A DNA stretch of 63,911 nucleotides, the filler included, from Actinomycetota bacterium (lineage in GTDB: Bacteria; Actinomycetota; CADDZG01; JAHWKV01; JAOPZY01), in assembly GCA_025963875.1 (NCBI GenBank). It is 6 parts of 6 records of this genome, joined end to end, with 100 filler letters (N's around TTAATTAATTAA, not from the genome) between each part and the next. Parts side by side here need not be neighbours in the genome. Positions count along the whole stretch, not along the records: positions 39,719 to 51,489 come from JAOPZY010000174.1; positions 51,590 to 55,652 come from JAOPZY010000067.1; positions 55,753 to 61,063 come from JAOPZY010000111.1; 3 more parts are not named here. One strand, given 5' to 3'. The notes under the pieces were generated by a model that was not told the origin of the DNA, made no database searches, and was given only the letters and a program-made list of their open reading frames with translations. The translations under genes and the position numbers were made by a program. Positions within the stretch are counted from its first letter, which is position 1, and each line of letters starts with the position of its first letter. Of the stretch, positions 47,072 to 57,786 are shown piece after piece.

Positions 47072-48138
47072 CAGTCCGCCGGGCGTGTCCGGCGGGCGAC
47101 CCGCGCCCGCCCCCGGCTGCTCCTGCGCCGGTCGCTCGACGCCCGGATCGCAAGCTCCGGCTTGAAGATCACCCGGCGGTGCTGGTGCGAGGTCCCCTCG
47201 CGGATCTCGTCGAGCAGGAGTTCCGTGGCGGTGCGCCCGATGAGTTCGCGGGGTTGGCGGACCGACGACAGCGGGACGCTCGCGGCGGCGGCGTAGTCGA
47301 TGTCGTCGTAGCCGACGATGGCGACGTCGCCGGGCACCCGGAGCCCGTGGCTGACCACCGCCTGGAGGACGCCCAACGCCATCAGGTCGTTCGCGCAGAA
47401 CACGGCGGTCGGCCGCCTGGCTTCCGGCACGTCGAGGATCTGCTCCCCCGCCCTCCGGCCGGCCTCGAGGGTCAGGGAGGTGGTTTCGAAGATCTGGAGG
47501 TCCGAGGCCTTCTGCCCGGCATCGGTCAGCGCCTTGACGGCACCCAGGTGCCGGTCCTGGACCTGGCGGAGTGCAAGCGGCCCGCCGGCGAAGGCGATGC
47601 GCTGGTGGCCACGCTCGAGGAGGTGGCTCGCGGCGACGAACCCGCCGAGCACGTCGTCGACGGCCACGGAGCAGAGGTTGGGCAGCTCGGTCCCGCGGTC
47701 CACGAGGACGACGGGGGTGCCTCGCTTCACGAGGACGTCGAGGCGCGAGTAATCGGTGCCGACCGGGGTGATGAGCACGCCCTGCACGCGCTGCTCCTCG
47801 AGGACGTCGAGGTAGCGGGCCTCCCGCTCCACGGCTTGGCCGCTGTTGCACAGCATGATGACGGAGCCGTTTGCGGTCGCCGCCGTCTCGACGCCGTGGG
47901 CGATGTCGGTGAAGAAGGGGTTGGAGACGTCGAGCACGACCAGTCCGATGGTGCGGCTGCGGCCGGCCCGGAGTTGGCGTGCCGACTCGTTCCGCACGAA
48001 ACCCAGATCGTCGATGGTGTCCAGAACCCGGCGGCGGGTGTCGGGAGCCACGAGGTCGGGCCGGTTGAGGACGTTGCTCACGGTCCCGACGGACACGCCG
48101 GCATGGCGGGCGACGTCTTTTATTCCCGGGCTCGGCAG
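47071..48138 (-). CDS. LacI family transcriptional regulator; probable CTG start
   Basis: IKDVARHAGVSVGTVSNVLN HTH; SNPFF, ANDLMA, VGYDD, LSSVRQP; GAGGAGG RBS upstream of CTG 48138. Confidence 0.92.
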   Translation of the reverse strand: MPSPGIKDVARHAGVSVGTVSNVLNRPDLVAPDTRRRVLDTIDDLGFVRNESARQLRAGRSRTIGLVVLDVSNPFFTDIAHGVETAATANGSVIMLCNSGQAVEREARYLDVLEEQRVQGVLITPVGTDYSRLDVLVKRGTPVVLVDRGTELPNLCSVAVDDVLGGFVAASHLLERGHQRIAFAGGPLALRQVQDRHLGAVKALTDAGQKASDLQIFETTSLTLEAGRRAGEQILDVPEARRPTAVFCANDLMALGVLQAVVSHGLRVPGDVAIVGYDDIDYAAAASVPLSSVRQPRELIGRTATELLLDEIREGTSHQHRRVIFKPELAIRASSDRRRSSRGRARVARRTRPAD

Positions 48139-48231
48139 GTTTCCATCCCTCCTCTCGGCGGGCCAGCTCTACAGTCGTCGGCTCGATTCATTCGCGCCAA
48201 CGGGCTTGGCGGGCAAAAGCCTACCACTTTG

Positions 48232-48245
48232 TTGAAACGTACCAA
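48232..48245. promoter_or_regulatory. LacI-type operator
   Basis: TTGAAACGTACCAA, near-palindrome with central CG. Confidence 0.65.
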
Positions 48246-48443
48246 CAATGTTCGCAAACGCATCATGGGGAGGGTCCTGAGGCACCTGGAAACCTTCTTG
48301 ACATCTGCCGGACACCGCCCTACCATCCATACCAACGATTTCCAGCATGTTCACCGGCTCCCAGAGCCTGGAGCGCCCTCCTGCTCCAGCCCCGAGCACG
48401 ATCCACGACAGGCCCCACTGATGTCGTTTCAAAGGAGGTGGAC

Positions 48444-48457
48444 TTGAAACGTTCCAA
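48444..48457. promoter_or_regulatory. LacI-type operator
   Basis: TTGAAACGTTCCAA; half-site CGTTTCAA at 48425-48432. Confidence 0.72.
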
Positions 48458-48481
48458 CAATCCGGACGAGCCGGTCCACCC

Positions 48482-50002
48482 ATGACCGACGCCGGCCACG
48501 CCGTCCCGAAGCTGGTGGTCGAGAGGGCGACCAAGAGCTTCGGTGAGGTCCGGGCGCTGATCGACGGCTCGGTCACACTCTACGCGGGGGAGGCGCACGC
48601 CCTGGTCGGGGAGAACGGCGCCGGCAAGTCGACCCTGGTCAAAATCCTCGCCGGGGTCTACCAGCCCGACGGCGGCCAGATTGTCCTCGATGGCAACCAG
48701 GTGGCGTTCAACGGACCGTCGGCGTCGCGGGCCGCTGGGGTGTCGATCATCTACCAGGAGCCGACGCTCTTCCCGGACCTGACCGTCGCCGAGAACATCT
48801 TCATGGGCCGCCAGCCCCTCGCATCGGGCCGCCGCATCGACCGGACACGCATGGTCAGCGATGCGAAGGCCGTCTTCACCCGGCTCGGCGTGGAGGTCGA
48901 CCCGACCCGGCCGGCGCGGGGGCTGTCGGTCGCCGACCAGCAGATCGTCGAGATCGCCAAGGCGATCTCGTTCGACGCCAGGGTGATCGTGATGGACGAG
49001 CCGACCGCGGCGCTGAGCTCGGTGGAGGTGGACCGGCTCTTCGACGTCGTCCGCACCCTGCGTGCCGGCGGTGCGGCGGTGCTGTTCATCTCCCACCGGC
49101 TCGAGGAGGTCTTCGCCATCTGCCAGCGCGTGACGATCATGCGGGACGGACGGTTCGTGCGCGAGGCCCCCATCGAGGACCTCACCATCGACGACATCAT
49201 CCGCTCGATGGTCGGCCGCGACCTCGACGCGCTCTTCCCCAAGACACAGACCCTGCCGGGCGACGTCGTCCTCGAAGTCGAGGGCCTCTCCCGGGCGGGG
49301 GTGTTCGACAACGTGTCGTTCACCGTGCGCCGCGGCGAGATCGTCGGTCTGGCCGGTCTGGTCGGCGCGGGGCGCAGCGAGGTGGCCCGGGCCATCTTCG
49401 GTATCGACCGCCGCGATGCCGGCACCGTCAGGGTCAGCGGCCGTCCGCTCGGCAGCGGGTCACCCCGGGCGGCGATGGGGGCCGGGATCGCCTTCGTCCC
49501 CGAGGACCGCCGCCAGCAGGGTCTTGTGATGGATATGAGCATCGACCACAATCTCGCCCTTGCCTCCCTGGGGCGGCTGGGCAGCCATGGGCTCATCCGG
49601 CGGGCGAGTGAGCTGGATCTGGCGACCACGTGGGGGCGCAAGCTCCAGCTCAAGTTCGGTCGGATGCGGGATGCCGTGGCGACGCTGTCCGGCGGCAACC
49701 AGCAGAAGGTCGTGCTCGCCAAGTGGCTGGCCCGGCATCCGTCGCTGCTCATCATCGACGAGCCGACCCGGGGCATCGACGTCGGGACGAAGGCAGAGAT
49801 CCACCGCCTGCTCGACGAGTTGGTGGCCGGCGGCGTCGCCGTCCTGATGATCTCCTCCGAGCTGCCCGAGATGCTCGGCATGGCCGACCGGGTCCTCGTC
49901 CTGCGGGAGGGCCGCCTGACGGCCGAGCTGTCCCGGGAGGAGGCGGACGAGGACTCGATCATGCGGGCGGCAACGCTGCAGGGGGTGGGGGCCGGGGCAT
50001 GA
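48482..50002 (+). CDS. Sugar ABC transporter ATP-binding protein (CUT2; possibly rhamnose)
   Basis: GENGAGKST, MDEPT, VPEDR, LSGGNQQK, DEPTRGIDVG; two ATPase domains. Confidence 0.94.
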   Translation: MTDAGHAVPKLVVERATKSFGEVRALIDGSVTLYAGEAHALVGENGAGKSTLVKILAGVYQPDGGQIVLDGNQVAFNGPSASRAAGVSIIYQEPTLFPDLTVAENIFMGRQPLASGRRIDRTRMVSDAKAVFTRLGVEVDPTRPARGLSVADQQIVEIAKAISFDARVIVMDEPTAALSSVEVDRLFDVVRTLRAGGAAVLFISHRLEEVFAICQRVTIMRDGRFVREAPIEDLTIDDIIRSMVGRDLDALFPKTQTLPGDVVLEVEGLSRAGVFDNVSFTVRRGEIVGLAGLVGAGRSEVARAIFGIDRRDAGTVRVSGRPLGSGSPRAAMGAGIAFVPEDRRQQGLVMDMSIDHNLALASLGRLGSHGLIRRASELDLATTWGRKLQLKFGRMRDAVATLSGGNQQKVVLAKWLARHPSLLIIDEPTRGIDVGTKAEIHRLLDELVAGGVAVLMISSELPEMLGMADRVLVLREGRLTAELSREEADEDSIMRAATLQGVGAGA

Positions 50003-51042
50003 GCACCGTCGCCGTCAATCCCGCCAGCCCAGCACCCTTCGCCACCAGGGTTCGCCGTGGCGAGAAGCTCCTCCGGGCCCGGGAGATCGGCATCGCCGTG
50101 GCCATCGTCGTCGTGTTCGGACTCACCTACGCCAAGAACCATTCCTTCGGCAGCGCCCTCAGCGTGCAGCAGCTGCTCAACGGCGCGGCGATCATCGCCC
50201 TGCTCGCCGTGGGCGAGACGCTCGTCATCATCACGCGCAACGTCGACCTCTCCGTCGGCTCGGTCCTCGGCCTCTCCGCCTACCTGGTGGGGGAGCTGTT
50301 CGTCCGCCACCCGCACACCCCGGTGCTCCTGGGTTTCGCTCTCGGCATCGGCATCGGCGTGGTATTCGGGTCGATCAACGGGATCATCACCACGGTCACC
50401 CGGGTGCCCAGCCTGGTCGTGACGCTTGCCGCTCTCTACATCATCCGGGGGGTCGACGCCCTGATCGTGTCCGGCAAGCAGATCGATCCGACCAGCATCC
50501 CACGGGCGTTCCAGGCGTTGGGCTACAAGACGATCTTCGGGGTGCCGTGGCTGGCACTCATGGTGGCGGCGATCATCCTCTTCGTCGGCTACGCCATGCG
50601 GTCGTTCCGCGCCAGCCGGGACCTGTATGCCATCGGCTCGAACCCCGAGGCGGCCGCCCTTGCCGGCGTGCCGGCCGGCAAGCGGGTCTTCACCGCATTC
50701 CTCATCAGCGGCGCCCTGGCCGGCCTCAGTGGTGCCCTGTTCATCTCCGAGTTCGCCACGGTCAACTCGACGGCGGGAAGCGGCTACGAGCTGCTCGTCG
50801 TCGCTGCCGTGGTCGTGGGTGGCGTCGCCATCTACGGAGGCAGCGGCACGGTGCTGGGGGCCGCGCTCGGGGCGCTGCTCCTCAACACCATCAACCAGGC
50901 GCTCGTCGCCGCCAAGGTCTCCTCCTTCTGGAACCAGGCGGTCGCCGGGGCGCTCCTGCTCGGCGCGATCGCCTTCGACCGCTGGCTCGGCCAGCGGGTT
51001 GCCCGCCTGCAGACGGGCCGGGGGGAGCGACGTGTTGTCTGA
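49999..51042 (+). CDS. Sugar ABC transporter permease
   Basis: NVDLSVGS, VPSLVVTL, YAIGSNPEAA, YEL..AAVVVGG..GG.G. Confidence 0.93.
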   Translation: MSTVAVNPASPAPFATRVRRGEKLLRAREIGIAVAIVVVFGLTYAKNHSFGSALSVQQLLNGAAIIALLAVGETLVIITRNVDLSVGSVLGLSAYLVGELFVRHPHTPVLLGFALGIGIGVVFGSINGIITTVTRVPSLVVTLAALYIIRGVDALIVSGKQIDPTSIPRAFQALGYKTIFGVPWLALMVAAIILFVGYAMRSFRASRDLYAIGSNPEAAALAGVPAGKRVFTAFLISGALAGLSGALFISEFATVNSTAGSGYELLVVAAVVVGGVAIYGGSGTVLGAALGALLLNTINQALVAAKVSSFWNQAVAGALLLGAIAFDRWLGQRVARLQTGRGERRVV

Positions 51043-51489
51043 GAAGGAAGCTGCCGTCACGCCGGCCCCCGGCACCGTGACGTCGCGGGCCGGCCTTGGA
51101 GCCCGGCGGTCGTGGCGGGGCCTCCTGCGGTGGGAGACGGCCCTGGTGTTCTGCCTCATCGCCACCCTGCTCTACGGGTCCGGCGTCGCCCATTTCCTCA
51201 ACACGACCAACATCTTCTACATCGGCCTCAACATGGGCGAGATCGCGATCATGGCGCTGCCGCTCACGCTCATCGTCATGACGGGTGAGATCGACCTGTC
51301 GGTGGCCTCGATGCTGGGGCTGTCGAGCACCCTGCTCGGCTACCTGTTCATTCACGGCTACCCCATCGCGCTGGCCATGCTCATCGTGCTGGTGGTCGGC
51401 GCCGCCGGGGGCGCGCTGAACGGCTACCTCGTCACCCGTCTGAAACTCCCGTCGATCGCAGTGACCATCGGGACGCTGACGCTGTACCG
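51032..51489 (+). CDS. Second sugar ABC permease, 3'-partial
   Basis: RWE, GEIDLSVAS, LPSIAVTIGTLTLY. Confidence 0.9.
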
Positions 51490-51589
51490 NNNNNNNNNNN
51501 NNNNNNNNNNNNNNNNNNNNNNNNNNNNNNNNNTTAATTAATTAANNNNNNNNNNNNNNNNNNNNNNNNNNNNNNNNNNNNNNNNNNNN
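51490..51589. other. Artificial contig linker
   Basis: N-run with TTAATTAATTAA. Confidence 0.99.
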
Positions 51590-53712
51590 CCGCCCTCGGG
51601 CGCCTCTCCGACGACGACCTCATCCGGGCGATCCGCGAATGCGTGGACCGTCAGATCCTCCTCGTGGACCCACGCGGCGGCGGCTACACCTTCCGTCACA
51701 GCCTCCTGCGGGAGACTGTCGAGGAGCAGCTCCTCCCGGCGGAGCGGATCGCGCTCCACCACGCCTGCGCCCGGGCGCTGACGGCGGACCGGAGCCTTGC
51801 GTACGGCTCGCCGGCGGCCGAGCTAGCCTGGCACTGGTATGCGGCGGGGGACCATGCCCGAGCCCTGCCGGCGTCGGTGGAGGCGGCGGTGGCGGCGCAG
51901 ATTTCCTTCGGGTTCGCGGAGGCGTGCGGGCACCTCGAGCGGGCGTTGCAGCTCTGGGAGTCGGGGGCTGCGCCGGACGCGCCCGGGGCGCCGCCGGTGG
52001 ACGGCCTGGAGCTCAGGATGCGCGCAGCGGAGTGCGCCAACCTCGCCGGGGACCACGCCCGGGCCGCGTCGCTCGCCCGGGCGGCCGCCGGCTCACTCGG
52101 CGCGGGGACTGCCGCAGGGAGCGCGGCGATCGTGTGGGAGCGGCTCGGCCGTTACCTCTGGGACGCCGGCGCCAGCGAGGACGCCCTCGTCGCCTACGAC
52201 CGGGCGGTCGAGCTGGTGGCCGCCGATCGGGAGACCCAGGTGGCGGCGCGGGTGCTGGGTGCCCGGGCGGGCGCCCTCATGCTGGCCGGGCGCTATGCGG
52301 AATCGCACCGGCGGGCCCAGGAGGCACTCGATGTCGCCCGACGGACGGGAGCACGCCGGGAGGAGGCGCAGGTGCTCGCCGTCCTCGGCTTCGACCTCGC
52401 GTATCTCGGCGACCCGGGCGGCGTGGCATTGCTGTACGACGCCCGGCGCATCGCCGAGGAGGACGGGGACCCCGACGGCGTGGCCCGCGCCTACGTCCAC
52501 CTCGTCACGCTGCTGTCCGAGCCGCTCAACCAGCTGGACGAGGCGGTCGTCGTGGCAGAGGAGGGCCTGGCCCGCGTCCGTGCCATGGGCCTGGCAAGAT
52601 TCCACGGGGCGGCGTTGCAGGCCATGCTCGTCAACACCCTGTTCCGCCTCGGCCGGTGGGACGAGGGTGAGCGCCGGGCGCGGGAAGCCTTCGACGCCAA
52701 CCCGGCGGGGACGGCGGCCATGGACCTGCACCTCGCCCGGGCGAAGATCTCGATGTCCCGCGGGGACTTCGCAACCGCCGCCGCCGACCTGGAGGCGGTG
52801 AAGGCCCTCTCGGCCCGCGCCATCGATCCCAGGTTCGTGGTCCCGGTGCTCACGCTCGAGGCCGGCCTGGCGCTGTGGGAGGAACGCCTCGACGACGCCC
52901 GGGACGCCATCGCCGCGGGCCTCGCCAGGGTCACGGTCAGCCAGGAGGTGTGGTTCGCCGCGGCGCTCGCGTGGCACGGCCTCCGGGTGGAGGCCGACCG
53001 CGCCCAGTCCGCCCGCGCGCGCCGCGGCAGCGAGGAGATCGAGTCCGCCCGGGCGACAGCGGCGAACCTCATGAAGCACCTCCGCGGCCTGAAGGAGGGG
53101 CTCGACCCCTCTGCGGCCGCCGTCCACCGTGCGGCGGACATCTACACCGCCATGTGCGAAGCCGAATGGAGCCGCCTCGAGGGCGCCAGCTCGGCCGAGA
53201 TCTGGGACAGGGTTGCAACCACCTGGGACACGATGAACCAGCCGTACCCCGCCGCCTACGCCCGCTGGCGGAAGGCCGAGGCCCTACTGGCCCGGCGGGC
53301 CCGGTCCGGAGCGGCGGCCGATGCCCTGCGGTCCGCACACTCGGCAGCTCGGCGCCTGGGGGCCGAGCCCCTCCGGCGGCAGATAGAGGCGCTCGCCACC
53401 CGAGCCGGCATCCTCCTGGAGGAGCAGGACGGTTCGGCCACCCCGGCGCCGGCGGTCCCCTCGGTCGAGGCGGAGCTCGGTCTGACGCGCCGGGAGCTGG
53501 AAGTCCTGCGGCTCGTGGCCCTGGGGCTGACGAACCGTGAGGTAGCGACCACGCTGTTCATCAGCGAGAAGACGGCGGGCGTCCACGTCTCGAACATCCT
53601 GCGCAAGCTGGATCTCCGAAGCCGCGTCGAGGCCAGCGCCTACGCCCACCGCCTCGGGCTGCTCGACAAGCCGGGGGCTTCGCCGGCATCGAGAGGGCGA
53701 GACTTTGAGTAA
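51590..53712 (+). CDS. Large LuxR-family regulator (TPR + HTH), 5'-partial
   Basis: YTFRHSLLRE, ELAWHW, GLTRRELEVL..GLTNREVA..LFISEKTAGVHVSNILRKL. Confidence 0.92.
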
Positions 53713-53750
53713 AAACTGGTGTACAGCGCCAGAAAATGCTCAAAGATCCA
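53701..53750. repeat. Dispersed hairpin repeat, family C copy 2 (contains the LuxR gene stop codon)
   Basis: CTTTGAGT-AAAAA-CTGGTGT-ACA-GCGCCAG-AAAAT-GCTCAAAG; 41/50 identical to 20811-20860. Confidence 0.8.
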
Positions 53751-53913
53751 CATGGCCACTGCCGGGCCACCGTCGCCTTCCGAACTCAGAAGTAAGGGCT
53801 GCCCGCCCCTCGAAATAGGGCGTTCTCCCGATGCGGCGTCCACCGGGCGACCGCCATGCTCCTCTCACAAGATCCCCATCATTCGTGGGATCCGATGAGG
53901 AGGGCACGCTCGA

Positions 53914-54675
53914 ATGGCACCTCAACAGCTCGCCAGCACCGTGGTCGCGACCACGTCGCCCTACACCGGCCCGGCCGTGGAGTCGATTGAGGAGGTCATC
54001 GAGCGGCTGGACCAGATCCAGACCTACGCCGAGGCCCACGAACTCCGGGGCCAGCACGATGGGGTCGCCTGCTTCAGCTACCTCTACCGCCGGATCACCC
54101 AGCGAGTCCTCGACGGCGTCGCCTCGGGCCGCTTCGACGATTGCCAGTTCGTCAACCTGCTCGACGTCGTCTTCGCGAACCGGTACCTGGCCGCCCTGCG
54201 GGCGAGTGTCCTGTCGCCCGACGACGTGCCGGACGCGTGGGCGGTGCTCTTCCAGCGCCGGGCGAACCGCCATATCACCGGGCTCCAGTTCGCCGCGGCC
54301 GGCGTGAACGCCCACGTCAACTTCGACCTGGCGGTGGCCGTCGCCGACACCTGCACCCGGCTCGGAGCCGCGCCCGACCGCGGAGCCAAGCACCAGTCCT
54401 ACCAGGAGATCAACGCGATTTTCGCCGAGGAGATGCAGTCGCTCCGGGAGCACTTCGAGAGCATCTGGGAGCGCCTGATCGATCGCATCGTGCTGGGCCG
54501 CGTGGTCAACAAGGTCGACGACTGGATCGTCGTCGCCACCCGCGACGTCGCCTGGGAGAACGCCGAGTGTCTCTGGAACATCCGCCAGCGCGGCGGCGAC
54601 GAGACGGGCTTAATCGCCGGGATGGACGCCGTGGCCGGCGAGGCGGGGTGGATGGTCCTGCGCCCAGTTTTCTGA
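53914..54675 (+). CDS. DUF5995-like protein
   Basis: DGVACF..LY..IT, LDVVFANRY, AGVNAHVNFDL; GAGGAGG RBS. Confidence 0.8.
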   Translation: MAPQQLASTVVATTSPYTGPAVESIEEVIERLDQIQTYAEAHELRGQHDGVACFSYLYRRITQRVLDGVASGRFDDCQFVNLLDVVFANRYLAALRASVLSPDDVPDAWAVLFQRRANRHITGLQFAAAGVNAHVNFDLAVAVADTCTRLGAAPDRGAKHQSYQEINAIFAEEMQSLREHFESIWERLIDRIVLGRVVNKVDDWIVVATRDVAWENAECLWNIRQRGGDETGLIAGMDAVAGEAGWMVLRPVF

Positions 54676-54754
54676 GCTTTGTCTTGTATCAGAAAAGCTT
54701 CTGGCGGTTCCTAAACGTAGATACACGCGACGACTCGACCAGGAGGCAGCCACG

Positions 54755-55309
54755 ATGACGACGAGACCGCCCCGCGACTCGGACCCCGAGAGCTCCGAAA
54801 TCGACGAGTTCAACCAGATCAACGAGATCGATGACATCAAGGTCTTCCTGCTGACCGGCAGTGACGTGCTTGCCCAGGAGGGCGAAAGCCGCCTGTGGCA
54901 TTCGGTCGCACAGCCCGTCGACGACGCGCCGGCCGGGCCAACGCCCGCCCAGCTGCGCAACCTGAAGCGGATGCACCCCGCGTACCAGGACCGGCTCTTC
55001 CGGGCCGACGGACCCGCGAAGTCGCAGGCGGGGGCTCGCGCCGGCGGCACCCGGAAGATGGAGATCTACGACCCGCTCACCTCCTCGTGGTCGCCGGTGC
55101 CGGCCGGAGCCGGACGCGCCCAGGTGGGCGAGGCCGTCTGCTGCATCCTCCCCGACGGCAGGTTCCTGATCGGGGGCGTGGCATCGGCAAGCTGCGCCAC
55201 CTACGACCCCGGGACGAATCGCTGGTCCACCGCCCCGACGCGTCCCGCCGGCTCGAGTACGTCCCGGCGCAGCTCCGCCTCCGTGATCGCGGTCAGGATG
55301 AGCAACTGA
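54755..55309 (+). CDS. Hypothetical protein with about two Kelch-like blades, possibly a remnant
   Basis: EIYDPLTSSWS, LPDGRFLIGG, YDPGTNRWS; AGGAGG RBS. Confidence 0.5.
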   Translation: MTTRPPRDSDPESSEIDEFNQINEIDDIKVFLLTGSDVLAQEGESRLWHSVAQPVDDAPAGPTPAQLRNLKRMHPAYQDRLFRADGPAKSQAGARAGGTRKMEIYDPLTSSWSPVPAGAGRAQVGEAVCCILPDGRFLIGGVASASCATYDPGTNRWSTAPTRPAGSSTSRRSSASVIAVRMSN

Positions 55310-55552
55310 CGTGAACGATCGCCTGGGGGGCCATCTCGAACCATCGGTCCACGGCTGCGCCCACGCCGGTCACGTGCGCGGAGCGCGCCGAGCCGTCAAC
55401 CTCAGACAGCTTCACCTGGCGCCGGCACGCCACCATCGCCTGCGGGCCTCGTACCGTAGGGCGGGGGGGCGGGACGAGGCCCTCCGCCGGCAAGCGGGGC
55501 ACTGCTGCCTGGAGCCCCACCCCCGGCACTGCCCCTGACTCACGGGCCCGAA

Positions 55553-55652
55553 TCACAGGCCCAGGTAGGCCAGGCGGACCTCGGGGTTGCCGAGCAGCTC
55601 CTTGCCGGTGCCGGCCAGCGTGGTGGTCCCCGACTCCATGACGTAGGCCCGG
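55553..55652 (-). CDS. Branched-chain amino acid ABC ATPase (LivF-like), C-terminal end only
   Basis: Hand translation RAYVMESG...GTGKELLGNPEVRLAYLGL-stop. Confidence 0.8.
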
Positions 55653-55752
55653 NNNNNNNNNNNNNNNNNNNNNNNNNNNNNNNNNNNNNNNNNNNNTTAA
55701 TTAATTAANNNNNNNNNNNNNNNNNNNNNNNNNNNNNNNNNNNNNNNNNNNN
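55653..55752. other. Artificial contig linker
   Basis: N-run with TTAATTAATTAA. Confidence 0.99.
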
Positions 55753-56135
55753 TAGAAGGCGCCGGTCCGGACCACCTGGACGGCGTAGCCGATGGCGGTG
55801 GCGCTGGATCCCCTGGGCAGGAAACCCGAGGCCCATTCCATGACCTCGGCGAGGACTGAGGGGTCCTGTCCCGAGATCACGAGGATGACGCTGGCCCCGG
55901 TGCCACGGGCCTCCCGGCCGAATTCGGCGATGCGGGCGCGGGAAGCGGACTCGAGCTCGACGATGACCACGTCGGGCGGGTCCGCCTCGAGGAGAGCGGT
56001 CGCCTCCCCGACCCCACCGGCCGAGGCCACGTCCGTAACCTCGGGAATCTTCTTGGCGTTGGCGTCGAGATCTCGACGCCGGTGCGGGTCGTCATCGACG
56101 ATCAAGACCCTCAAACCGCCGGAACGCTTCCCCAT
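55753..56135 (-). CDS. NarL-like response regulator with atypical receiver, 3'-partial
   Basis: RVLIVDDD; PDVVIVE (Glu at the phospho-Asp position); GFLPR. Confidence 0.72.
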
Positions 56136-56291
56136 CAACCGCGCCTTTCCCCCGGACACCCCGGGCCAAGCCTATAGCAAGGGTGAAGGGTTCAAACGAT
56201 TTCCGGTAGCCTCTGGGACGCGATCGGACGACCGATCTGCTTCCCCTAACGCCAAGTCGACGCCAAGTCGGCCCACCGGAGGAGCGAGACC

Positions 56292-56930
56292 ATGATCGAC
56301 GGGATCACGTGGTTCAAGCAATCGGCCTTCCTTTTCCAGCGCGAGCACAACCTCTACATCGATCCGCTGGGCATCACGGACGGCTCCCCGATGGCCGATG
56401 CCATCCTCCTGACGCACGCCCACGCCGATCACTTCTCCCCCGACGACCTCGCCAAGATCCGGCGCGACTCGACCGCGGTCTATGCCACGGCGGACGTTGC
56501 CGCCCAGCTCGACGGCCCGGTGAACGTCGTGGCGCCCGGCGATGCCTTCGAGGTGTTGGGGTGGCCGGTGGACGCCGTCCCCGCCTACAACACCGCCGAG
56601 GAGCGTCAGCAGTTCCATCCCCGCTCCAACGGGTGGGTGGGCTACGTCTTCACGATCGACGGCGTCCGCTACTACCACGCCGGGGACACGGATCCGATCC
56701 CGGAGATGGAGGCCATCTCGTGCGACGTGGCCTTCATTCCGATCGGCGGCTACTACACGATGGACGCCAACGAGGCCACAGAAGCCGTGAAGCTTATCAA
56801 CCCGCAGCTCGTCGTCCCCATGCATTTCGGCTTCTACGTGGGTCTTTCCTCGGACGGGGTCCGCTTCGCCAAGCTGGTAGCGCCGACGCCTGTCCACGTC
56901 TTCGTGCCGAAGAACCCCTTCGAGCGCTGA
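56292..56930 (+). CDS. MBL-fold metallohydrolase
   Basis: YIDP, THAHADH, YHAGDT, PIGG.YTM, VPMH; GGAGG RBS. Confidence 0.92.
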   Translation: MIDGITWFKQSAFLFQREHNLYIDPLGITDGSPMADAILLTHAHADHFSPDDLAKIRRDSTAVYATADVAAQLDGPVNVVAPGDAFEVLGWPVDAVPAYNTAEERQQFHPRSNGWVGYVFTIDGVRYYHAGDTDPIPEMEAISCDVAFIPIGGYYTMDANEATEAVKLINPQLVVPMHFGFYVGLSSDGVRFAKLVAPTPVHVFVPKNPFER

Positions 56931-57006
56931 AGCCAGGCCGCGCCGTGACGTATCAGCGCCCGGGTGTCGCGCTCTCACAAGGAGGGAGCTACCAGGGAGG
57001 TACGAC

Positions 57007-57786
57007 GTGGACCGCGACCGCGAAGCGTTCGGGATGTGGCAGCAGTTCCGCCGTCATCTCGGCCAGGCGGCCGGCGTCCTGGTCAGCGATCCGCTCCTCC
57101 CGGCCCTGACCGCGGTCCTCACCGGGGGCGCCGTTGCCCTCGGCCGCCTCGGCCACGGCTGGACCGTGCTCGTGCTGCCGCTGGACGTCCTCCTGCTGGG
57201 TTTCGCCGGCACGCAGCGGGTGTGGTTCCTTCGGGGCTTCCGCTTCCGATCGATGAACCCCGGCGAGATCTGGCCGATGACCCTGGCATTCATCCCCCGG
57301 TTCCTGGCGCTCTCCCTTGTCACCGGTGTGTCCCTGGTCGCTGCCACATTCGTCCTGCAAGGCCTGGACCTCCCGCTCAGCTTCGCGTCGCATGCGGCAG
57401 CGCATCGTTCTCTGGGCGTCCTCGTCGGCGCCTGCCTGCTCGCCGACGTCGCCCTCACGTTCGTCACACCGGCCCTCGCCCTGTCCGTCCACTCCTGGCG
57501 GGAGGCGCTGCGCCGAGGACTCCGGATGCTATGGGAAACATGGCCGGCGTCGGCCCTCTACGCCTTCACCCCGGGCATCACGATCTTCGCCCTGTCGGCG
57601 TCGGCGCCGCCGAAGTCGTCCGACGGCACCTTCGACATCGGCCTCGTGGCCGCCGCGGGAGCCGTCCTGGCCCTCTGGTTCAAGGGGGCCATCGTCGCCT
57701 TCTACGTCCGCCGCCATCCGCGAATAACGGATGGCGGTGCCGCCTACGCCGACGAGCCGGCCCGGCGCCCCCGCAGCCGAGCCTGA
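57007..57786 (+). CDS. Hypothetical integral membrane protein
   Basis: Several hydrophobic helices; GGAGG RBS before GTG. Confidence 0.7.
   Translation: MDRDREAFGMWQQFRRHLGQAAGVLVSDPLLPALTAVLTGGAVALGRLGHGWTVLVLPLDVLLLGFAGTQRVWFLRGFRFRSMNPGEIWPMTLAFIPRFLALSLVTGVSLVAATFVLQGLDLPLSFASHAAAHRSLGVLVGACLLADVALTFVTPALALSVHSWREALRRGLRMLWETWPASALYAFTPGITIFALSASAPPKSSDGTFDIGLVAAAGAVLALWFKGAIVAFYVRRHPRITDGGAAYADEPARRPRSRA

Noticed and set aside
55311..55538. His/Arg-rich 75-aa ORF
   Set aside because: Composition fits an off-frame GC-rich reading; no RBS or recognisable motif
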